DNA of 64,000 nucleotides from a virus, in the IMG/VR virus record IMGVR_UViG_3300032397_000001; one strand, written 5' to 3'. The number at the start of each line of letters is the position of its first letter. The stretch's first letter is position 1. Below are positions 39,833 to 48,024 of the stretch, in pieces. The position numbers and the translations under genes are program-made. The notes under the pieces are model-generated. The model made no database searches. It saw only the letters and a program-made list of their open reading frames with translations, and had not been told where the DNA came from.

Positions 39833-41254
39833 ATGGCAGTTGAAAGATCAGACATACGATTCGTAAAGAGTGCAACCGTGACAGATACCACCAGCAATGG
39901 TGGGAAGATGAGTTATAATTATATTCAGAATCGAGTAAAGTATAATTTATTCCCACGTGTCACAAGGCCTGAACGTGTAGCAGGAATTATCAGATATCGC
40001 AAGGAGTATATCTGGAACCGAGAGGCGTCAGGTGAAACAGCCTTCGGTTTACTTACGTATATCATTTTGCCTAGCTTGGCTGATGATCTCTTCCGTATTG
40101 CGGAAGCAACTCAAGATGATACACAAGGTGATATCGATGACGATTATGATTGGTATGGAGCTGGTAATTTGAATGCTGGCGCTTCAGCAGGAGCAAGTTC
40201 CATAAATGTCAACTTTGAGGATGACGACATCGCTCTCAAGAATGGTGTTTTGCTTGCGATCAATAGTCATTTCTTGATGAGTGAAAATATTGATTCTGCT
40301 GTCAAACCTTTCAGTCAGGTGTATTGGAATGGCTCGAAATGGATTGCGCAGAATGCGCCTACAGAAGATGCTGAAGATGTTTATCCTTATGGGACTTGTA
40401 TTCAGGTTCTCGGTGGTGGAAAGGGCAACATCTTCTCATATAACTCTGCTGGAAACCTTGAGTATCATCGTATAGATGATCCTACATACACTGAAAATAT
40501 GACTCCTGCTCCTACAGGAGGAGTAGTTGCATACACATTGGTTGCAGCGAACACTCCAGTTTTGGAAGAATCCGTTTCAGTAGAATATTGCTTCTCGAGT
40601 GTTATGCATACAGCTACTGATGATGGAGAAGGGCATATCACAGGAAGTCATATTGTTTCGGGTGCTGTAGTGTATTCTACAGGAAACATGAATATCACTT
40701 TTTCTACGAATCCTGATCCTAGTACACAGATCGCGGTGACCTATCATGAGAATATCGTTTCATGGGCAGGTACAGTTGCGACTGTGCAACTCGAAGATAC
40801 CCTACTTAACAACTTTCTTTCTGCGAACACTAAAGTAGGCATGTGCCTCGAATTGGGAGACTTGGCTCCAATTGTCGAACTTATTTCAGAGGCTTTTGGT
40901 GATCCTTCAGGAGACTTTGATGAGTCTTTGGTTACTGGAACTAACAAAGGTTCCATTGAAGAGACCTGGACCCTTCAGTTCACTTCTGTGAATGCGTTCA
41001 CTGTAACCGGGGCTGGAGTAGGTGTCATTGGATCTGGGTCTAAGACGGTTACATATTCTCCTCTTAACTCGGGTCAGGGAGCTGCTTACTTCTCGATTCC
41101 TGCGACAGCATGGAGTGGAACCACACAGGCAGGTGATACTGTAATATTCAAGACATATCCTGCAGCTGCTCCCATTTGGTGGAAGGAAATAGTTCCATCA
41201 AGTACAAATGCGTTTAGCAACAATGTTGTTATGCTTGAAATTTACGTTGAGTAA
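39833..41254 (+). CDS. Tail/virion structural protein
   Basis: SNGGKM...NLFPRVT..ER.AG..RYRK motif; TDDG...Y.TG beta domain; tail-tip synteny. Confidence 0.7.
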   Translation: MAVERSDIRFVKSATVTDTTSNGGKMSYNYIQNRVKYNLFPRVTRPERVAGIIRYRKEYIWNREASGETAFGLLTYIILPSLADDLFRIAEATQDDTQGDIDDDYDWYGAGNLNAGASAGASSINVNFEDDDIALKNGVLLAINSHFLMSENIDSAVKPFSQVYWNGSKWIAQNAPTEDAEDVYPYGTCIQVLGGGKGNIFSYNSAGNLEYHRIDDPTYTENMTPAPTGGVVAYTLVAANTPVLEESVSVEYCFSSVMHTATDDGEGHITGSHIVSGAVVYSTGNMNITFSTNPDPSTQIAVTYHENIVSWAGTVATVQLEDTLLNNFLSANTKVGMCLELGDLAPIVELISEAFGDPSGDFDESLVTGTNKGSIEETWTLQFTSVNAFTVTGAGVGVIGSGSKTVTYSPLNSGQGAAYFSIPATAWSGTTQAGDTVIFKTYPAAAPIWWKEIVPSSTNAFSNNVVMLEIYVE

Positions 41255-41269
41255 CTATGAGTAATTATC

Positions 41270-41770
41270 ATGTCATTATGTCTATTATTCACGAGGGGTA
41301 ATCCAGGTTGGGTTACCCCTGCTATACCGGAGGGTCTTATGGAAGTTAATATTCGTGACGCACAAACTAGGCTGCCTGTTCCTGTTGCGGGCATTGAGTC
41401 TGAGAATGGTAAATTTCTCCAATCAGCTGTGATGACTTACAGTCCACTTGAGTATACTGTAGTAGCAGACGCTGTATCATCTGAAGAATGGTATTCGCTC
41501 GCAGTTAATGTAGAACGCAAGTCAATAGTTATAATGAGGTGTTCATTTTCAGATAGTGGAGCGAATGCTGTAATCCGATTTGTCCTTTATGATCAGCCTG
41601 GGTTAGCTTTGCCATCTGCTACGTTTACAGTGACTGCCTCAGACTTGCAACAGGATGGAAGATATCTAGCGCCTATGCAAACGTTCAATGCATATGGTGC
41701 GGTTCAGGTTAAGATTTACATTGACTCAATTTCGGCGGGTGATGTGACCATTCACTTAGCTGCGGTGTAA
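41270..41770 (+). CDS. Putative virion beta-sandwich protein
   Basis: Beta-rich ORF in the tail operon. Confidence 0.55.
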   Translation: MSLCLLFTRGNPGWVTPAIPEGLMEVNIRDAQTRLPVPVAGIESENGKFLQSAVMTYSPLEYTVVADAVSSEEWYSLAVNVERKSIVIMRCSFSDSGANAVIRFVLYDQPGLALPSATFTVTASDLQQDGRYLAPMQTFNAYGAVQVKIYIDSISAGDVTIHLAAV

Positions 41771-41773
41771 GGA

Positions 41774-44200
41774 ATGGGAATTGTATTACTTGGGTATGTT
41801 GAGGGTCGAACCTTTGGTGCATGGCGTGGAAATGACATCAAGGAGGGATATTTCTGGAGTTGCTATCAATGCATAGGTTTTAATGAATATATTGTTCAAT
41901 ACCTTCCTAATATTATTGAGGGATATTTCTGGAGTTGCTATCAATGCATAGGTTTTAATGAATATATTGTTCAATACCTTCCTAATATTATTGAGATGAT
42001 ACCAAACCAGGAAGGTATTCAAGTATCATGTAGGCCCACCTCTTTAGCATCATTGGCAAACTCAATTTTATATACTCCACTTGGAAGTGAATGCATTCAC
42101 GGATCTTGGAATGTTCTTCATAGTCAAATAAATAAGACTGTAATCATCCCTGTTCCATTAGCTCTTAATGGATTTGAATTTCCAAGATTCATAGGTTCAG
42201 GAATTAGTAAACAGCCCTCTCAAGTTTTTAATGTTCCATTAATTGAAGGTGTACTTGTTGAGCAGTTTAATCCTGTTATAATACGAGACTCTGATTTATC
42301 ATTTACTAATGTAATTCCAACGGGATTTGCAGATCGTCCTATAATAGAGTCAAGAGTAAATGATCTTATACTTTCTGTTTCTTTACCTCTCTTTATAACA
42401 AGTTCTTTAGCACATTCTGATATCTCAATGATTCAATATATGTCAGGATCTGTAGGAGAATATATTGTAAAGGTTCGAGTAAATGATCTTATTGAAGGGC
42501 TGCAGATTTCTCAATGGGTTAGTTTTGAAGTATTAGATCATCCTGCAACCTTTATTCACGAGTTGGGTTTAGACATAACCAATTTCACTCTACTATTTTC
42601 TTTTACTATCCCTTCTGAAATTGAGCCTAGAGTTCCCTTCGGTAAGGAAGATTCTGATCCTGCAATATTATGGTATGACCCTCCGCCAGCACCTATTCCA
42701 TCTATTTTACCGATTCTCAAAGTTATTCAATTTGATATTCTGATTGATGGCATATCATGTAGGAATAGACTTTCCGGTGCAAGTATCACTCAACAAGAGT
42801 CTGACATTTTAACACATGTTGAATTAGTTTTCAAGGATACTACTTTCTTCAGTCAGTGTAGCATTACTGCAGGATCGGGGCCAGGAACCGAACGAATTAC
42901 TGTTCGAGTAGGTGAAGATATTACTGATCCTAATAGACATACATTATATAAATTTTTACTTGAGGAAAGATCTGCTTCTGAAGCGGGTTTACAGTTTACT
43001 GTTTGGGGGAGATCGAAGGCAGCTATTCTCACAGAACCATTTAGCCCTACAATTACTAAGACTTATGAGAATATGAATGCGAGTACAATTGTGAGTGATC
43101 TTGCAGGAAGCATTCCAATAGTTTGGGGTATTGATGATCATGTGCATTATGAGTTTAACGTTGATGGTTATCCCTTAGATGCGATCCAACAATTGGCTGA
43201 AGTGATAGGAGGTGTTGTTAGAGCAACGCCTGAAGGAAGTCTTGTAGTTCGTCGAAAGTTTCCAGCACGTCCTAGAGATTTGATAAGAGGTGATATTGTT
43301 ACTGGAAATGTTTTGGATAGGTACTCAGCTATTGTAGAAGCTGATTATTCCGAGGAGCAACCTCAGTATAATGCAGTTGATGTCTTAGGAGGTGGAAAGT
43401 ATTCATCTTGGGATTTTTCCATAGAAGCTGAGAATGATTGTATCGAACCAGGAACACCTGCTTTCTTTAAGGTGTATCACTCTCCAGGGATTACTATATA
43501 TAATCCTAACGAATCTGGTGTTGTAGGGTATCAAGTTTGTACTACAATTTCATTGGCTGAAGTTAACAATCTCAATGTAGTGGAAACTATTACAGATGAA
43601 TATATCGATATTATAAATGAAGCTGGAAGTTTGAATCGTGAGTGTTTTAGATTAATTTCTACTGAATGGCATGGGACTCCTAAAGGGTCGCAGTGTATTG
43701 AACCTGATGATATAGAAATTACGATTACCGGAAAGGATATTTCAGTTCCCAATGTTTTGACAGGCCGTTTAAAGGTAAGCTATGAAACACAATATGACCG
43801 ATTCAAAATTCAGTATGATCAGGAAGCTGATATCCTTATAGGTATATTGGCACCTGAACATGAGGGTATTTATATTCGTGTTATCATGCAAGGGACGCCT
43901 GGAGATAAGTTAGGACCTGAAATTCAAGATGATCTTATAACTAACGAGAATATGGCGGTTCTAAGGGGTCAATCTTTTCTTGATGATATGTACTACCGCA
44001 AACATAAGTGGACGCTTAAGATTCCTTTCTATCTACCTCAAGGTTTATTTGATGGCAGTATTGTTAGAATGGAAGATGACTTTTGGGGGTTAGTAGGTAA
44101 TGCTATAATTAGGCAGGCAGATATTTCCTTTGACCTAGAAGAGGAAGATGTTCATAAGATCTGGCAGAATTTAGAGGTTCATATGTTTTCTTATCCATGA
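41774..44200 (+). CDS. Baseplate hub/tail tip protein
   Basis: VWGRSKAAIL, PLDAIQQLAEVIGGVV...G.LVVR, I.DDLIT...RG..FL hub-like pattern. Confidence 0.65.
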   Translation: MGIVLLGYVEGRTFGAWRGNDIKEGYFWSCYQCIGFNEYIVQYLPNIIEGYFWSCYQCIGFNEYIVQYLPNIIEMIPNQEGIQVSCRPTSLASLANSILYTPLGSECIHGSWNVLHSQINKTVIIPVPLALNGFEFPRFIGSGISKQPSQVFNVPLIEGVLVEQFNPVIIRDSDLSFTNVIPTGFADRPIIESRVNDLILSVSLPLFITSSLAHSDISMIQYMSGSVGEYIVKVRVNDLIEGLQISQWVSFEVLDHPATFIHELGLDITNFTLLFSFTIPSEIEPRVPFGKEDSDPAILWYDPPPAPIPSILPILKVIQFDILIDGISCRNRLSGASITQQESDILTHVELVFKDTTFFSQCSITAGSGPGTERITVRVGEDITDPNRHTLYKFLLEERSASEAGLQFTVWGRSKAAILTEPFSPTITKTYENMNASTIVSDLAGSIPIVWGIDDHVHYEFNVDGYPLDAIQQLAEVIGGVVRATPEGSLVVRRKFPARPRDLIRGDIVTGNVLDRYSAIVEADYSEEQPQYNAVDVLGGGKYSSWDFSIEAENDCIEPGTPAFFKVYHSPGITIYNPNESGVVGYQVCTTISLAEVNNLNVVETITDEYIDIINEAGSLNRECFRLISTEWHGTPKGSQCIEPDDIEITITGKDISVPNVLTGRLKVSYETQYDRFKIQYDQEADILIGILAPEHEGIYIRVIMQGTPGDKLGPEIQDDLITNENMAVLRGQSFLDDMYYRKHKWTLKIPFYLPQGLFDGSIVRMEDDFWGLVGNAIIRQADISFDLEEEDVHKIWQNLEVHMFSYP
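41843..41995 (+). repeat. Perfect 75-bp tandem duplication (25 aa)
   Basis: EGYFWSCYQCIGFNEYIVQYLPNII twice, nucleotide-identical. Confidence 0.95.
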
Positions 44201-44207
44201 GGTTGTT

Positions 44208-44438
44208 ATGATACAACTCAGTCCGTTAAAGAAGCAACTCAGTAAAGGAAAAGTAATTGGGATGACTGCAGGGCGGTATCTTGTTCAGGTAGGGCAGGGA
44301 ACCGTTATGGCTTACAGTAAATCCAAATATATTGTAGGTGATTCAGTTGTACTAGCACTCATGGATAAAACGTTTCAAATCATATCTGACCACCGAATGG
44401 TGTCTAGACAAATAAAGGAGGTTTACATCGATGGCTGA
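44208..44438 (+). CDS. Small OB-fold-like tail protein
   Basis: GKVIG...YLVQ...YIVGDSV pattern after hub gene. Confidence 0.5.
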   Translation: MIQLSPLKKQLSKGKVIGMTAGRYLVQVGQGTVMAYSKSKYIVGDSVVLALMDKTFQIISDHRMVSRQIKEVYIDG

Positions 44439-45021
44439 TCAAAAAGAAGTTGTCAAAGGCAATATAACTGTAACATTTTCATACAAATGTTTATCGACGT
44501 CGAGCATCTCTATTGAGCTTGATGACAAAAAGAATAATGACAAGACTTGTTTCTTATTTGGTGAAACAGTCTACTTTAAGGTATATACAATACCCTCGGA
44601 TATGAATCTGGCAATTTTTTCCAGTGCAGGCAGCGTTGACTTGTCTGGCAGTCAGACAACCGAAACCGTTCGAGGTACTGTTCAGGAGTTTATTGATGAA
44701 ATCACTGCAACAGTAAACAAACCTATCATTGACGGTCCGAACAATGTACTTTGGTTTGGAAATGATTGGGGTCCTCTGGTCAAGGTTGATGAAGGCTCAT
44801 TCAAAGCATCGGGTGCAGAAAACCTTGATGATCCAGATAATGCACGAGTAAATCTCGAACATATAGCTTGCTGCATCTTCAATTATGGAACTTCATATAG
44901 ATCTGGTTCCCTGTCCAATGTTGGTGAAAACCTTAATGATAATATTTCAGATCTTGAAGTATCTGTGATTGTGTATGTGGTGGAAACGACTGAGGGTGGT
45001 ATAGTAAATCCTTACGTGTAG
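44431..45021 (+). CDS. Tail-tip protein, paralog of 45031..45891
   Basis: IELDDKKNNDKTCFLFGETVYFKVY. Confidence 0.6.
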   Translation: MADQKEVVKGNITVTFSYKCLSTSSISIELDDKKNNDKTCFLFGETVYFKVYTIPSDMNLAIFSSAGSVDLSGSQTTETVRGTVQEFIDEITATVNKPIIDGPNNVLWFGNDWGPLVKVDEGSFKASGAENLDDPDNARVNLEHIACCIFNYGTSYRSGSLSNVGENLNDNISDLEVSVIVYVVETTEGGIVNPYV

Positions 45022-45030
45022 GATAAGTTT

Positions 45031-45891
45031 ATGGCTCAAAGTGAACTTGCAAAAGCAACGTTAACAGTAACGTATAAAGAGGTCTGTGAAGCCACTAATA
45101 AAGGTTTCACACTTCAACTGGATGACGTTAAGAATGTTGGTAAAACGTCATTCGCTCCAGGTGATATTGCTTACATTCGAGTTTATCCGGGAGGGTTCAG
45201 ACCGGATCGATACATCACAATGGGTAATTCGACGTCTGTAGGTTCCGGAGTAGATGAGATTGATGATGAGTGTGTAACGTTTGTGCGGTCTGATAGTGGA
45301 TCAAAGCAGTACTATAGTGAAAGATGTTCCTTCGAATGGTTGGGTAGATATCGAATTGTTGATAATCGTGATAGTAAAAATATTTATAAAGATTCTGATT
45401 CTGATTCTAAGGGAGGATCATCAAGTTCTGGGTTCTCTACGGAGTTCGTTAAGGTAAGGTTTGACGGGTGGGATATTTATGTGTCTGAAGTAGTTTCGGG
45501 AATAATGAAATTGACTTATGATGCTCTATATGATCTTTGGTCTTTAACATGTAGTGAAGAAGCTACAGTTCTGGTAGAAGCTGAGTTGCTCGGGCACCCC
45601 AAATTTGGTGATATGTATGGAAGTATTATTGTTGACTTTACTGCAGAAACAACAATTCGAGATTGCTTCATTACGGTAAAGGATGCTTGTACTGGATCTA
45701 TTGTTGCGGGGGCATCTATAGGATTAGGTACACCTGGAGGAGTAAAAAGCTTTGTTACTGATGCTGCAGGGCGTGCTCATGTAGGCCAATTGATGACAGG
45801 TGCCTCCTATCCTATTGATGTGTCTGCATATGGATATCAAAGCTCGAATGCTGATCGCTTAGCTAATGACTCTATCACAATTCAAGGTTAA
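45031..45891 (+). CDS. Tail-tip protein with C-terminal carboxypeptidase-regulatory-like beta sandwich
   Basis: LQLDDVKNVGKTSFAPGDIAYIRVY; VKDACTGSIVAGASI...TDAAG...VSAYGY. Confidence 0.6.
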   Translation: MAQSELAKATLTVTYKEVCEATNKGFTLQLDDVKNVGKTSFAPGDIAYIRVYPGGFRPDRYITMGNSTSVGSGVDEIDDECVTFVRSDSGSKQYYSERCSFEWLGRYRIVDNRDSKNIYKDSDSDSKGGSSSSGFSTEFVKVRFDGWDIYVSEVVSGIMKLTYDALYDLWSLTCSEEATVLVEAELLGHPKFGDMYGSIIVDFTAETTIRDCFITVKDACTGSIVAGASIGLGTPGGVKSFVTDAAGRAHVGQLMTGASYPIDVSAYGYQSSNADRLANDSITIQG

Positions 45892-45896
45892 AATAT

Positions 45897-48023
45897 ATGT
45901 CTGATGCTTGTGTTCAGCAAAGTCTTAGTTCTGTAGACTTAACTGTTTATCTCGAGAGGGACAGCTTTTGGTCAAATGGTGTTATGGACGGTCGCTTCAA
46001 ATGCAAGACGTCCATTGAGGAAACCTATCCAGAGAAGGAGAAAGAACAGGAGCGGGTTCCTTTCTCTATGGCAATAATGAGTGAAACTATAAGTTTCAAC
46101 AATAGTGATACTGCGCACTTAAGTGCAATCTATTTAGGTCCTGCAAATAAAAGAGGAGCTCCATATCGGTGGTTATTTAATATACAAGAGTATGAAACGA
46201 AGACAGAGTGGTATAAAGATAAAGAGGCTTCAACATTTCCTCCTGTTTGGAAACATCGATTTACGAAAACTTTAAAGCTCGCGCCTAGTGTAACTCTTTC
46301 TGAAGGTAGCAATGAAGTAAAATTAGATTCGCCTTCGACTGGACGTTTGCAGGTAATGTACAAGTATGATACTTCTCCTGCATACGTTGCAAAGAGAGCC
46401 AAACGTGCAACAGCAGATCCTGTAGAAATTAGCGTCCCCCTAAACGCTAAAGGATACGATGCGACAGCCAATGAGTTTGAAGTATTTTTGGTTCCTAATG
46501 ATAAGGACGAGATTGGATGTTTGCTGTGTAATCCGCTTACTAGTGGTCCAAAGAAACCTTGGAAGGATAAAAGCTCTTCTTATGAATTGGCAGATGAACT
46601 TGCAGCTCATCTGAATTGGGCCAGAGCTACTCATCCTGAATTATGTCCTGGCGGTTCTGCTCTTGAAGTTGAATACTACTTAATGCAGAGTGCTCAACAC
46701 TATGCTGGTGTAATCAATATGCAGAATCCGATTAGTGGATGGACACAAGAAGGAACGATCACAGGATATCATTCCGAGGATGGAGGAAATTTTGAAGCCC
46801 GAATCGGTATATGGTATTATCAAGAAGAATATTACTGTGTCAAAGGAGAATCCGTCGCAATCATAACTGAGATCATTCCTGTAAATCAAAGTTTTACACA
46901 ATTGGCTGGAGAAGCATTAGCTAACAAATTAACTGAATTTTGGGGCGGGGCTGATCATACAATATATAATCCGATGTTTGATAGGCTTGGTTGTGGTATC
47001 GTTGAATCAACAGTTGCACCATTTAATTTTGTTATTATTGGCCCATATCAAATAAAGCGTACAATCGTAGTTGCTCACTTTGTAGGATTCCCAGGCGTTG
47101 ACGTTCCAACTACTTATGAACTCATTCCTGAAATAAGAGATCCATGTTCTCTAGACTGTACAAAGAAGATTGAATGGTATCAAGACTTCTACGAAACAGA
47201 AGAATACGTTTTTGACGAAGGAATGAAGACTGTTAAGCATCCTTTGGAGAATCTTGTGATCCCTTTAAAGCAAATTCCTTTCATCTGTGGAATGAGAAAG
47301 ATTGTTTTGATTGCTGAAGAGAGTGGAGTAAAGGGTGAATATATTCCTCCCTTCGGTAGTTTACAGCCAGTCCCATTAGATGGTTCGATGCAGGTTCTTG
47401 GAGTTGAAGAATTGGAATTTCGTTTAAATCTATCTAATATCGCACCGCCTCTTATTCCTGGGGAGTGGATTGCTTTTGTAGCAGAAGTGGGTATACTTAA
47501 TCCGCCTTGGAGTGAGTGTAATTATATCGTGATTGCTGAGGGATGGTTTGAAACTAAATGCCTCACTTCAGGATTCGTTATTGGAAGTGGGCTAATTGAA
47601 CAACAGCAAGACACTGATGATGAAGGCAATCCAAAATTAGATTCTCATCGTAAACCCATTATGAAACTCGTTGTTATTGAAGGTGGTGAAGATTACGCTC
47701 TGGATACAAGGTGGATTGGTGATGAGCGTATGAGTTGGTATTTACAATTTAAGATGGAGAAGTTTTGGATACGCCCCAGTGATTACGCCCGATATAGTTT
47801 AGGACAAAGGGTTTTCATTTACAAAAATGGATTTACTCCTGTGAATGAAGGGTCAGGAGTAGCTTTAAAATTAGAAGCTGGATGTCGTTCTCATTCCATT
47901 CAGCAGACTATGGAAACGGAAAATCGACTGGAACCGTTGTCTTTCAGTGATGTATCATATGAACTCGATATAGAGAAGGACATAGTTGTTCCTGAGAAAC
48001 TTGCAACGGTTATAGGATGGTAA
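45897..48023 (+). CDS. Tail-associated protein with divergent CAP/SCP-like domain
   Basis: LNWAR...LMQSAQHYA...YHSEDGGNFEARI...KGESVA...NPMFDRLGCG. Confidence 0.55.
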   Translation: MSDACVQQSLSSVDLTVYLERDSFWSNGVMDGRFKCKTSIEETYPEKEKEQERVPFSMAIMSETISFNNSDTAHLSAIYLGPANKRGAPYRWLFNIQEYETKTEWYKDKEASTFPPVWKHRFTKTLKLAPSVTLSEGSNEVKLDSPSTGRLQVMYKYDTSPAYVAKRAKRATADPVEISVPLNAKGYDATANEFEVFLVPNDKDEIGCLLCNPLTSGPKKPWKDKSSSYELADELAAHLNWARATHPELCPGGSALEVEYYLMQSAQHYAGVINMQNPISGWTQEGTITGYHSEDGGNFEARIGIWYYQEEYYCVKGESVAIITEIIPVNQSFTQLAGEALANKLTEFWGGADHTIYNPMFDRLGCGIVESTVAPFNFVIIGPYQIKRTIVVAHFVGFPGVDVPTTYELIPEIRDPCSLDCTKKIEWYQDFYETEEYVFDEGMKTVKHPLENLVIPLKQIPFICGMRKIVLIAEESGVKGEYIPPFGSLQPVPLDGSMQVLGVEELEFRLNLSNIAPPLIPGEWIAFVAEVGILNPPWSECNYIVIAEGWFETKCLTSGFVIGSGLIEQQQDTDDEGNPKLDSHRKPIMKLVVIEGGEDYALDTRWIGDERMSWYLQFKMEKFWIRPSDYARYSLGQRVFIYKNGFTPVNEGSGVALKLEAGCRSHSIQQTMETENRLEPLSFSDVSYELDIEKDIVVPEKLATVIGW

Positions 48024-48024
48024 G

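Noticed and set aside
37365-41995. Diversity-generating retroelement TR/VR pairs
   Set aside because: Copies are identical or differ by indels rather than adenine-specific substitutions; no reverse transcriptase in the window
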